From: Eutreptiella sp. 'Long Island Sound 2002' | Taxonomy: Eukaryota > Protista > Euglenida | Length of the DNA stretch: 64,000 nt | Assembly: GCA_964036045.1 (NCBI GenBank) | Contig: OZ038379.1 | Coordinates: forward strand, 22,754,001-22,818,000 | Direction: 5' to 3' | Part shown: positions 36,601 to 47,270 of the stretch, in pieces | Layout: each line of letters begins with the position of its first letter | Position numbering within the stretch: the first letter of the stretch is position 1 | Notes under the pieces: generated by a model | What the model was told of the DNA's origin: nothing | Databases searched by the model: none | The model's input: only the letters and a program-made list of their open reading frames with translations | Translations under genes and position numbers: made by a program

Positions 36601-39026
36601 ACTCCTTGGCCAAATGAGCAGAGCAGGTTCAGTTTCCTTTTGGGAAGAGTATCAAGGGGTTGCGGGGTATAGGGGAAAATTCATGGGTGTTCACAGCCCC
36701 AATCGGGGCCGCGGCTTCACATCACTAGAATCCTTCGTCCTCATCACAGTCCAAGATAGGGGTGTGACAGCCAAAGGAAATTGACATCGTGTCAGACTGA
36801 CAATGATACTGAGAGCTGACCGCAGTGCTTGGGGTGTTTAGCCTCCTGCGTTGCCTTGGGGGGGCTGGTGTGGTGAGGGCTATGAGGCCAATTGCTGCCC
36901 ACACAGAGCAATTACCATCTAAATGGGAGCCCACGGTTTGCCTACTTGTGCAGGGTACGCCTATCCAGCCCCCCCACACAGACACACACATGTGTGCACG
37001 TGGAATGCAATTTCTGGTACCCAAACATGAGCCATACCTTGTCCCTCCACACGACATCAGCACTGTGCTCCTCGCAGGGAACGGGGCCCCTCTCTTGAAT
37101 GTAGATCCGCCGCCACAGCAGGTCCAAATGCAGCGGGAAGTGGGAGCAATCACACCTGTGCGAACTCAAAGCAGAGCTAGAACTGCTGGGCTGCGGGTTA
37201 GGGGAAGTGCCACTGCAATGGGCAGTGTCACCAAGGGAGCTGGAGGAAGGAGTGCTTCTAGTGATTGGCCCAAACTTTATGTTCGGCACAAGACCAGTCT
37301 CAAATTTGCTGTTGCTAAATACCAAACCCTAGATGGATTAGCAGCCCACAGGGTGCCGTTTGCGTACCGCGTGCACAGGGTATATGAATAGTCGGACGAG
37401 GCAAGAATGCATGGCTTTGAACTGATCTACCAGTCCAAGATTGTGACATCACATCTTCACACCATGATGCATGAGATGATGTGACACACATCATGCTTAG
37501 GACCCTGAAGGCATGTTGCGCACCTTATGAAGCAAGACAAGGATTATGAAACGTTACATCTTCTTGCACAACTTTGTAGTAGCTCGACTTTTGAATTCAC
37601 CACTCTACATCACCATCAGGCGATCTACGGTCAAGCCCATCAAGTGCCAAAGAGCAACTGTCTAAAATGGTTGATTTGTGCATCACCTTGACCACATCTA
37701 GGGGGAAAACTCATAAATGGGGGAAAAGCGATGGCAAAAACTGCTCCAGACGCCCAGGCGGACCAGGTGTGCTGGTGAGATTCCCAGCCAAATACACAGC
37801 TTGCATCCCTACATGCAAACGGCATGCTCATTCCCTGTGTTCATTGCACTCCAAACACTCTTATGTCACAGTGTGCCAGAAGTAGTATGCTTGTCAAGGT
37901 TCATGTAGATTGAGCTTGACGTTGCACTGCAGCGCACTACGTGCCACTGTCTCGGTGTATCCTTTCTCTGTGTGCAAAATTCTTTAAATTGGCAGGTAGT
38001 CGAACCACATCCCCAAACCACAAGCCACCTCCCCATCTTCCCATCTCCAAATCCAACCATCCCACTCATCTAGAGCTTGAATCTAGGCCCTTCTTGGCCT
38101 TCAGTGGTGTGCTACAATAGGAAGAATCTTGCTTCTTCCCATGCGGCCACACTGCAACTTGGCAGTGATCCATTCCATTTTCCTTTGCAAGCACCATTGC
38201 ATCTTCGTCTGTTCATTCTGGATGTGATGCTGTGCTGGCTGCTATGCGCCCTATGTCCAGCCTACTCTTTGCTTGCCCAGGGGTATGCAGCAGACAGAAA
38301 AGGTGCGCTGGCCACGTTAAGTCTTGTATGCTTTTGTTGATCAGCCGTCCCCTGCAAAACTTTCCATCTTAACCCCTTTCTGGCCTTCCCGCCACAGCCT
38401 AGCAGCATCTCCTGCAGGCGAAGTAGACTAGATGAGTAGACACGGCACTGTGGGCTCGGGGGCCAAGAGGTGTTTCTACCATCCAAGGGTGCCCAATAAT
38501 CAGCGTGCACAAAGCATGCGGCTTCACTTTGCAGCTGACAACCTCATGCAGCACCGTGCATCCACCAACGTCCAGCACACCAATTCAGGGCACCGTACAC
38601 CTCCCTGTCCCCACAGACCAACCTTCCAAACCCCAAAACCCCTAAGCACCCCTTCCACCTGCAAACCCCACCCCCCCCCATGCCACCCAGCAGAGTTTCG
38701 CACACAAAATGCAAGTAATTCAGCCTCAGCTTACATTACCTCTTGATTAGTGCCAGGGTTTGGTTCAGATGAGGTACAAGAGCACAAAGGTGTGTGCACT
38801 CCAGAGCTAGGCACACTGTGTGCGTGTAATCTGCGTTCCAGATCGAGGAGCTGATGCATATCCAGGCCAAGGCACACATACGCCAGGACAACAGGTGGGA
38901 GCCCCAAGAGCTCTAGAACACCGTATGCCTCGAGGGTGGAGGCTAAGTGGCGGGCTGTAAGCATCATCAGACTTACAGCCACCTTGGAGGCAGGGGTTGG
39001 CGATGGGGACGGCACGGCCCGGAAAG
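29028..39026 (-). CDS. F-box / RNI-like leucine-rich-repeat protein, multi-exon (incomplete model)
   Basis: F-box-like LLGLPPVVLAYVCLGLDMHQLLDL (38740-39026); exon 36082-36330; long LRR exon(s) 33747-35720 (LRELTLSDCGL, LHRLDVSGNSI, LHTLSLAHNVMG, LRLSGNRIGDEG); candidate exon 31121-31225; exon 29692-29966 (LKYLNLEGNHFG); exon 29028-29103 (DIGAAAL). Confidence 0.7.
29692..29966 (-). CDS. F-box/LRR gene downstream exon
   Basis: cctttcctctcacag acceptor; LQLKYLNLEGNHFG LRR; CG|gtgcgt donor is in phase with exon 29028-29103. Confidence 0.65.
30765..30808. repeat. (CA)n microsatellite
   Basis: Direct reading. Confidence 0.95.
31600..31770. repeat. ~80-bp duplicated unit with internal hairpin
   Basis: ccacctctttggcaccc(g/t)..aagaggtgg, twice. 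Confidence 0.8.
33520..33672. repeat. Compound (CA)n/(CT)n/(CACT)n microsatellite
   Basis: Direct reading. Confidence 0.9.
33747..35720 (-). CDS. Main LRR-encoding exon block
   Basis: 658-codon open frame between ttgcag acceptor and gag|gtatgc donor; repeated LxxLxLxxN motifs; may hide an intron near 33870-34105. Confidence 0.85.
36082..36330 (-). CDS. F-box/LRR gene exon
   Basis: gctcag|VLCRHLQQ...SQDDALE|gtgtct; 249 nt; phase 0-0. Confidence 0.7.
36380..37150 (+). pseudogene. Possible LINE RNase H-region remnant (related stub at 26700-26870)
   Basis: Shared ..cccccaa(g/c)tagaccagagtgga; ELTAVLGVF motif. Confidence 0.3.
38740..39026 (-). CDS. F-box-containing exon
   Basis: LELLGLPPVVLAYVCLGLDMHQLLDLERRL; donor gag|gtaatg; 5' boundary uncertain. 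Confidence 0.6.
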
Positions 39027-40089
39027 CCTGCATGGGGTGTTTATGAGGTATGCAGAACGACATCAGACAGCATAATCGTCTGTGCAGAATGCAGTGCGGG
39101 CTCAGCCTCAGCCATAGCACGAGTGCTCCATCTTGGGCCATGGTTTTGGGTTGACCATTCCACCAGGTCCTGCCCTGCCTACATGTCTGCAACCCAAACC
39201 ATCCGCAATGGTCACAGGTGTGACAGGCTGAAGAGTTGATTGAGCACAGCAGCACAACACAACAAAGGCATTTGAAAGGTGTCAAGCTGCCATACTCTGA
39301 CGTGTCCAACGCAAGCAGGATTGCCGCTCTTCCCGAAAACGCAGGGGGCATGTGCCCAACACATTAATACAAGTCAAACTAAATGCTGCTTCATCCCAAG
39401 AACACAGTGCTTGGTGCAGTGGCGCCCCATGTCAAGACCTCCATTCTTTCTTTTTCTTTGTGCCACCATGCTGATACCCCCAGCACAGTGATCCCCCCAC
39501 CGCCACAAATACTGAGACTAGGTGAGAGAAAACTTACCGACGTTTTTGCAAGTTGGGGTGGTCCGCTACCTGGGTGTCATATTCACACCCAACTGGATAC
39601 AGCACGATGCCACTGAAAATGCCTGCACCTCTTTGCACCGCATATGCAACGCCCCCGCCACCCAGGCCGCCCAACCCCACCACACCCCCCTGAGGGAGGG
39701 CACCGTCGCCAGACACGATGGCAAAGACAACTCAAGTGGATCGCCATGTTCTCTGCTGTCAAAATTATTTTTCGGGTCTTGGGGGCAATCCTGAATTCCG
39801 TGCCACATTCTGATTATTTTGACGATCCACAAGCGAAATGAAAACCCAATCTCTTTATGGGTACACACCAACAATGGCTGTGGATTGGGCCTACATACCC
39901 CTCGGCTTCTCATGGCCACACCCACAGAAAGGCCTTTTACAAAAACAGCCCCTCTCCATTGGCATAGGATGGGGGGGTCCGGAGGGGGGAAGGGGGGGCG
40001 CGGAGGTTTTTCTCCTGGGTGCAGGGGGCATCCACGAGTCCTGAGTGCAGCACTGGGGGGCTGGAATCATGGCAATGCCACGGTCCATA

Positions 40090-41020
40090 CAGTCCAAGCA
40101 AAAATTACCAAAGGCAAATATTACCTAAAAAAAATATTACTTAAAAAAATTACCCAAAAATTAAGGTCGTTTTGGTAATTGTGGTTTCCCCGCAATTCCC
40201 GGGCCCCAAGATCTTTATCATTTGTTCCCTTGCAGGCCCCTGTTTCTTGCGCAGTCTGCTTTTGTCATGGATGGGCATGTTGTTCCGACTGTGGTGGTGG
40301 ATGCACACCGGGCGAGACCTGGTTTGTCAGCTCCCCGGCACAATTGGAAAGATGAGTACATCAAAACAATTACTGATGGGGCAAGGCAACATGGTGTTGC
40401 TGGGGCTTTGCAGCGACATCAAAGGGGTGATGAGAGAGAGCGCAAGTTGGGGTACCACACAGTTCATGGGTGGCTGAAGTATTTCCAAAAAAAAAAGGTG
40501 ATTATTTTCACACCCAAAAACGAGGTTGCAAAAAGAGTCTGTCTCATCTCTATGCTTTATTGGCAGGGGCCATTAAGGACCTACCAGTGGACTCCATTGT
40601 CCGCTCATGGGATGCCACTGGGATTCCGCGAGCCTTATGGGGAGATGTGCCCTCTATCGAACCCATGTTTGACGTTCTCAAGAAGCTTCATTGTGAAGAG
40701 ACACAACACCCTTGTGAGTGTGGTTCTTTGACTGCACGAAAGTGTCTCTCTTGCTCCGAATATGTGTGTGATGGCTGTTGGTTGGATCACACCACAACCA
40801 TTTGCCCCGCCTTCTAGTACACCACAACCATTTGCCCCGCCTTCTAGTAAAAACCATGTATGGTGCGACTCACATGGGTTTCCCGTTGCTTTGTGTTGCA
40901 TCGTGGCAGGCAAGGATGACGTCCCCTTTGCTACGGTACCAAAATATTACCCAAAAAAATGAACCAAAAAATGGGCACCTTTTGCTAATTTTGACCTTTG
41001 GTAATTTTTGCTTTACGTAT
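40090..41020 (+). mobile_element. Internally deleted pogo-like DNA transposon
   Basis: TA|CAGT start; 19-bp TIR core aagcaaaaattaccaaagg (40096-40114 / 40995-41013); HTH-like HGVAGAL..YHTVHGWLKY..QKRG; C-terminal SIVRSWDATGI plus Cys-rich tail; DDE core missing. Confidence 0.65.
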
Positions 41021-42179
41021 AATGGTATCACATGCTGGTTTGTCCAAGAACTATCTCAGTGCACTGGATTTCGAGTAGAGGTATGAACAACCATCAAAGT
41101 ATGCCTCAAGGCCACGTGTTTGTAGGCAGACACAGCTAAGCAGCATAGTATAGCTTGCTTCCCTCACTCAAACCACTTTGTCTGTCTATCCTAGGACAGC
41201 CTCTATTCAAGCACCATACATCCCCTCTCTTGCCTTTTCAATACCTCAGATCACCATCGGTCCTGACCAATTCAAGGTTCTGACTTCATCTCAGCCTCTT
41301 GTGGGTGTGGTGTTGGGCCTCTCTCCACAGGTTCCGTGTGAGTTTCTCGTGGCACTTTCGAGTTTCATGCATCCAAGCTACCTGCTGAGGGCCATTCCTA
41401 GTCCATGCATGCTTCCACGTCTCCACAGGGGGCGTTTGTGCACAGCGCACAATCTCATTGGGCGGCACCACCAAAAGAATGTGGTGCATCTGTCCATACA
41501 CTCCCGCTGCAACTGATGAAACAAAATTCGGCAAAGCCAGTTGGCGTGGAGGGAAAAGGAAACACAACCTCCCCCTCGTCTCTAGTACATTTGTGTGTGT
41601 GTTGTTGTGCAACACCGGTCAGCCCAAGTTACCGGCAATGTGAACCTTTGGACTAAGGGCTGACAGTCCCTATGGCAGCGGCATTCAATCAACGAGAACC
41701 GACCATCAATTGCCCAAAGGAGTATGAGGGGCCATGCAAAACAACCTCGTGGTGGGAAGTTCAAACCACGCCCCTTCTAGCCTAACCCCATGACTTGGCG
41801 GTTGAGATGTTGTGGACCCCCCAGACAGTAGGGGTTATGTAGCCAATCCGCCCACTTGTGGGTAATTGCTGATTTTGCCCCCTGCTCTGGCTCAATTGTG
41901 GTCAGTAACAAGATACTGGATGCCCCCGCCCAGGCAATTCCAGCCAATGTCCAAAGAGTTCAATCAGGCACAGGCAAACACATACTGCTATGCTACAGAG
42001 GGCTAAGTACAGAAGCGACCTGAGTGGGATACACCAGAACCTGAAATGGCACCCAGAAATCCCGATGCAATGCAAACTCTGCTAGAGCTGCCCTAGTAGT
42101 CGCAAAGGCCCAAATGGGCGCCCAAAAAGACAAGTAATTACCTTTCACTGCGGAATGTGGAGCACGAGCGACAGGAGCC

Positions 42180-42285
42180 GGTTTAGGTTATGCACCCTGC
42201 ACTGAAACATGCACTGCACCACTGGACCATGTCACTGCATGCCTCCATCAGTCTCAACTCGGGGTTCAGGTCCATGCCCCTACCC
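42180..42285 (-). repeat. Split direct repeat B2 (3' end of YR element)
   Basis: ggtttaggttatgcaccc...tccatgcccctaccc. Confidence 0.95.
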
Positions 42286-42491
42286 GGGGGCAGGGCATGT
42301 GCAGCCAGGCAGGCTGCTTCCAATAGACAGTGTATGCAAGACAGATGCGGCCGGGCTGTCTGTACTGTGGAACAGGCGCAGGGTGCATTCCGCGATCCGG
42401 AGGGGGGGGGGGGGTGGGTGGGGGCAGGGCACTGGCCGGTGTGGTGGGTGGGCGGTAACAGAACCTGGGCCAGTAGGGGTGGGTGGGTGGG

Positions 42492-42574
42492 GGACCCAAC
42501 CATCAGTGCAAAGAACACACTATGCAACACAGTCGGGGTCCTAAACTATAGTTTATATCCATAAACTAAGGTTT
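42492..42574 (-). repeat. Split direct repeat A2
   Basis: Matches 47259-47341. Confidence 0.95.
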
Positions 42575-42675
42575 AGGTTATGCACCCTGCACTGAAACAT
42601 GCACTGCACCACTGGACCATGTCACTGCATGCCTCCATCAGTCTCAACTCGGGGTTCAGGTCCATGCCCCTACCC
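42570..42675 (-). repeat. Split direct repeat B1
   Basis: Identical by eye to 42180-42285 (offset 390 bp). Confidence 0.95.
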
Positions 42676-42852
42676 GATGAAATCGCTGTGCGGCTTCCCC
42701 CCCCCCCCTCCCTCAGCCTCCAGAAAGGGGGGAGAAGTACGGGGGGTAGGGCGGGGGAAGCGCTGGCCTACCTTGAGGGCCGGGTGACGTCCACGCGTAG
42801 CCCTTGCGGCCGCTGTGGGGGTCTCCCGGCGTCTGTGCGGCTCCCCCCCCCC

Positions 42853-44791
42853 TCAGCCTCTGTATCGCACTCTACCTACATGCAGGGGTGTGTGCACGCG
42901 TTCCTGGTCCAATCGTGCCTGTGTGCAGAGTGCTGCGACAAGCATGTCGTCTGGTGTGTCATAGGTCCTCCATCGGGATGGCACATCCGCCGGGTTCAAC
43001 TCTCCCTTGACCCACGAGACTTCAACTACCACCCCTGACCAACGCAAAACGTGTTGCAGCTGACGCAGCAGCTTGTTTTGTGCATCACAGGCCGTGGCGG
43101 CCCTGCCCTTCATGACAGAGAACAGGGAGGACATGTTGTCACCATAGACCCGCAGGAACTGTACCCGTCTGTATGCCCCCGTGCGCACTGTCTCAACAAT
43201 ACCTGCCAGCTCCGCTGCTTGCTGTGTAGCTACCCAATCTGGCAGCTTCTTTATACGCATCCCCAGTGAATCCCCCCAAAGGCCAACATAATAATTCTGG
43301 CCCTGTCGGGCCGCGTCGCAGTAAAACGTATCAGTTGATCCCAGGGTGCCGTGGGGCACCCATGGGGCCAAAGCACAGGCAATGCCTTCCAGGAGGCCTC
43401 GCAGGACCTTGGGTGGTGTACACTTTGCAGTACTGGGTCCCTGGTTGAGCCAACGGTACGCACCAGCCAGGAAAGGCTGTGCCCCCCTCCCCGGCCGCAG
43501 TGCCCACTGTAGTTTCCCCAGCATGCGCCTCAGCGCTTTGTCCGTATATCCGGTGGTGGCTAGTCTAAGCCAACAGCAGACGAGGTGTGCCTGCAGTGCT
43601 GGGGCATTCTGCACTCCTCCCTGGTCTCCCCCGACCACGTTTCCCATCCACTTCACGCGATTGCTGGGGTCCAGGGAGGACTTCGGGCTGACCACCCAAC
43701 CGGCCTTTTCTAAATCCGCCTTCGTACGCAGTGCCTGCTGACGGACCGAGCTGGAGTGCCTGCCTGCCACCAACACATCATCTGCATATTGGATCACCAC
43801 CACCGACCCTGGGAAATATTCTACAAGGAATGCTGCCAAAATGGCTTGCGCCATGGAGGGGCTGTGCTTCCAACCGAATGGCAGGGACTGCAGTGCGTAC
43901 ACCCGCCCCCCCACCCCCACCCTGATGCTGTCCCGCTGCGGTGGGGGCAGGCGACAACTCCAGAAGTGGTTGCTTATATCAAGGGTGCAGTAAAACAATT
44001 GCTCCCCTCGTAGTGCGCACAATTGCAGTAGGTGCGCCAGCCCATCCAATGTGGGCAATTTAAATGGCAGGGGGTCCACACAGCGGGCATTCAGGTCCAG
44101 CATAGGCAAGATTAAGGAGCACTTGTGCTCATTCTTGTGCTGGACATACGCCCTCGCATTCGGCGGTTTTTGCGACGGGGAAACCGCAACAAGCTGTTGC
44201 CCCAACAAGGTGTGAACAAGTGCAACCAACGGCGGGTCCGATGAAAATGGCTGGGGGGGGGGTGCCCTCAGAAGCCCACAGGAAATTAGCCAGAGCCATG
44301 GCATCCCAGACACTGTCCGGTATGTCAATGGCCCCCGTGTCCCCCAGGCCCTTCTCGGCCACCTCCACTGGCACCACCAACTTAGACCGGTGTCTCCGCG
44401 AGGATGACGTGCTGATGTCCGGCGGCGAGATGTCCGTGGCCGCTTCCACATTGGTAGCCAGCTCATGCATGACCGCTCCCAGGTGACGGCTGACTGGCCC
44501 CGCCTCCACGTTCCATCGGCACATAGTAGTCATCATGTAGTCCCTCAGCAGGTCCTTCACCGTCTGCTCCTTCACCCGGATCGTCTCCGCCACTTTCTTG
44601 GAGGCCTGTATCCAGTGGTCCGTCACCAGAACCCCGCATTCCGGGCACTTCATCTGGGCCAGCGCGGTGCACCTGCACAGGTCTCCACAGCTGGTACTGT
44701 GGACCTCGCCGAGTCGCTGTGACCACATACCCAAAGTGTGGGGCTGTGTCGGATTCGGGTTCCCGCACAGGTGGCTCGCCTCCTGCCTCAT
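42853..44791 (-). CDS. Reverse transcriptase-RNase H ORF with N-terminal Cys cluster; one frameshift at G10 run 44253-44262
   Basis: LDISNHFW, LPFGW, YADD; RNase H CDAA, QQAAEL, GDN, NPADVPSR; high-GC3 upstream frame from the ATG at 44791. Confidence 0.88.
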
Positions 44792-46265
44792 GTTCTCTCC
44801 TGCATGCCCGCTTGGCGCTGTCGGGCAGGTTGTCACCATCGCGTTGTCGCTTGCGTCGGGCTGGCGCGTCGTCCTTCGCCGCTGGTGTCGCAGCGTCTGC
44901 TCCCAAATCACTAGCTGGGTCACGAGCATCATCGGAGTCATCCACCACGACGTGTACCACATGCTCCTCAGTAGGTCCGCCGTCGCTTGCTGCAGCAGCA
45001 GGGTCATCAGGAGCCAGCTCGGTGTTCCCAACCTCAGCACCCACACCCTCCGCGATCTTCGGTCCCTCCGCTCCTTGAGCGACATCATCGAATTTTTCAA
45101 GCAACTCCACCGGCTCTGTCGTTGGCGTTTCCTCGTCTTCCGCATCGGGCCCCTCATCTGACGTGCAGGCGCTGGAGGTGTCAGAATCGTCTCCCGGTGG
45201 TTCGGGGTCGTCCTTGTCCCCCCTAGTGAACATGGCTGCAGGGATCTTCGGCACTGGCGACCATGCATCCGCGGGCCAGAGTGACTTAGGTTGGACCAGT
45301 CGTCCCTCCACATCTCTGGCCAACCATCCGCTGTTCCCCACCGGCCAGGGCACGTGGACTTCTGCTGGTAATGTCCATCCTGGCGGTGTCTTCCAATAAT
45401 GTCTGGGCTGGGCCTGTGACCACCAGCGACCCCAGACCTGCAACCCCCGCAACTTTCCGCCTTGGTGCCCCCATGACACGGCCCCCAGCTTCTTGAGGCC
45501 ATGCCAGGCAGCCTTTGCGAGGTCCCGGTGTTGCACCACTTGCTGGAGCACCGTTTGTAGCACCGACCTTCCTCCTGGGACCAGCGGCTGTCGTACTTGC
45601 ACGTGTCCAGGTCTGTGTTTCCAGAGGTATGCCCTCCATGCCTCGAGAAAAGGCGAGAGGGCGTATGTGGTGACCTTCTTGTTGCGCTTCTCGTCCCAGA
45701 ATGTAACGAACCCCGGCACTGATATCCACTCCCACGTGACGTTGGCCGCGTCGCCCACCCTCCAGAGGTACACGATGCTGCCAATGGCCAGGAACACCAG
45801 CCGGCCCCAGGCCCAGTGGCCCCGGCTGGTGGTGATCGCCTCGATGTGGTCCCATGTGGTGACCGGCTTAGGCTGTGCCCTGCGCGCCCATCCTTTACCA
45901 ATCGCCCTGGCTTGCATCCAGTGGACCTCGGTAACCACCGCTTGGATGATGCGTAGCTTCTCTAGTAGCCGCACCCCCGAGATGAGTGCTGTCGCGCTTG
46001 ACCCGCTCTTTCCCCTGGCCGCCAAGGCATTAAGCCTCCTCTCCACGGCGTCCACCAGGAGCTCGTCTGGTGTGTTGGCCAGCAGTGCTTGTCGCAATGC
46101 GCTGGTGTACGTGTCCACCGACCCGGGCTCCACGACCCGGATGGCTGTCGCTCCCGTGCTTGACCCTGAGTCGGTGTGCGTGAGCCTCCGGACATGCTGT
46201 AACGCCTCCCATGCATCGCGGAATGTGGGGGCCCCAATGGGGACCTCCGGGCCCCCTCCGCCCCT
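44463..46265 (-). CDS. Tyrosine recombinase ORF (in frame with gag, no own ATG near its start)
   Basis: LWRVGDA (R), DEKRNK (K), HGLKK (HxxR box with K), GRW, RHY (Y); acidic C-terminal extension. Confidence 0.85.
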   Translation of the reverse strand, partial: RGGGGPEVPIGAPTFRDAWEALQHVRRLTHTDSGSSTGATAIRVVEPGSVDTYTSALRQALLANTPDELLVDAVERRLNALAARGKSGSSATALISGVRLLEKLRIIQAVVTEVHWMQARAIGKGWARRAQPKPVTTWDHIEAITTSRGHWAWGRLVFLAIGSIVYLWRVGDAANVTWEWISVPGFVTFWDEKRNKKVTTYALSPFLEAWRAYLWKHRPGHVQVRQPLVPGGRSVLQTVLQQVVQHRDLAKAAWHGLKKLGAVSWGHQGGKLRGLQVWGRWWSQAQPRHYWKTPPGWTLPAEVHVPWPVGNSGWLARDVEGRLVQPKSLWPADAWSPVPKIPAAMFTRGDKDDPEPPGDDSDTSSACTSDEGPDAEDEETPTTEPVELLEKFDDVAQGAEGPKIAEGVGAEVGNTELAPDDPAAAASDGGPTEEHVVHVVVDDSDDARDPASDLGADAATPAAKDDAPARRKRQRDGDNLPDSAKRACRREHEAGGEPPVREPESDTAPHFGYVVTATRRGPQYQLWRPVQVHRAGPDEVPGMRGSGDGPLDTGLQESGGDDPGEGADGEGPAEGLHDDYYVPMERGGGASQPSPGSGHA

Positions 46266-47270
46266 TCACTGGCCCTCCCCTGTCGGGCAGGAGTCCTTGG
46301 ACCAGTGCATGTGGCCACTTTTTATGCACGGCGTGGGGGGCGGCTTGCTGGTGTCGTACGCCACCCCTTTTGCCGACACCCAGAGCCTGGTGTCGCCGAC
46401 CTGCTGGAAACCTCCAGTGGACCCCTTCTTGCCGCAGTCCGCGGCCCAGTGCCCGTCTTCGCCACATCGGAAACACCTGCCTGGCTTGGCAGGCCGCCCC
46501 TCGCCATTAGCACCCGTCTGTTGCTTGGGCGTTTGCGGGGTCTGCGCGTTGTGCTGCTGGACTGTCGCCCTACCATTTTGTTTCGCCAGGATTTCCTGGT
46601 GTAGCACGTTCCATACTGCCAGCACGAACTTGTCCTCCCGCCAATTTTCCGCATTCAGTGGCCTGGTTTGCAGCTCTGCCACCGCGGATGCCAGCGTGGT
46701 CATCCACTGGTATGGCAATGTCCTGCTCAGCATTTTCGCTATCTCCTCGTCGGTGAGCGCCGGGGCCGCCCGCGCTTTTGCCTTCTCCATCTCGAGGGTG
46801 GCCCTGGCCAGCTTCGCCTCCAGTTCCGCTATCCGTTGCTTGTCGGGCGTCTGATCTGCTTCCACGATGGCGTATGCATCTTTGACGAAGATTCCCGCCT
46901 CGAAATCGGGTCGCATGTACTTTCGGCCGTGGTACACTCCCATTGCCCTGATCAAGTCCGCCTTGTCGGTGAAATCTCCTCCGACCGCATCCATGAACTG
47001 CTGCAGCATTTCATCCGACACGTCCTCCACCGCCAGCCACTCGTGCATGCCGATTTCCCATTCCGCCACGTTCATCTTGTAGGCCTCGCTCTGGAGTAAT
47101 ACCCTGTACGGCCCTGCTGTCCACTTCTTCCAGTCAGACCGCACCTGGTCCACCGCCTCAGTGATCATGTCTGCGGCTCTCTGATCCTGGACCACTTCTG
47201 CTGATGACGCGCTTGTTGCTGGACTGGCCCCTCCTTGTCCCGTACCCCCATTTGCATCGGACCCAACCAT
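46266..47270 (-). CDS. gag: Gag-like ORF with CCHC knuckle
   Basis: CFRCGEDGHWAADC plus YDTSKPPPTPCIKSGHMHW; the ATG at 47270 lies inside repeat A1. Confidence 0.85.
   Translation of the reverse strand: MVGSDANGGTGQGGASPATSASSAEVVQDQRAADMITEAVDQVRSDWKKWTAGPYRVLLQSEAYKMNVAEWEIGMHEWLAVEDVSDEMLQQFMDAVGGDFTDKADLIRAMGVYHGRKYMRPDFEAGIFVKDAYAIVEADQTPDKQRIAELEAKLARATLEMEKAKARAAPALTDEEIAKMLSRTLPYQWMTTLASAVAELQTRPLNAENWREDKFVLAVWNVLHQEILAKQNGRATVQQHNAQTPQTPKQQTGANGEGRPAKPGRCFRCGEDGHWAADCGKKGSTGGFQQVGDTRLWVSAKGVAYDTSKPPPTPCIKSGHMHWSKDSCPTGEGQ

Noticed and set aside
42180-42285. Hammerhead ribozyme in repeat B (CTGATGG)
   Set aside because: The core needs CTGANGA plus GAAA; neither is present in a correct arrangement
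44463-44466. AUGA stop-restart coupling of YR and RT
   Set aside because: The sequence after this ATG is Trp-rich and looks off-frame; the GC3 pattern supports the alternative frame from 44791
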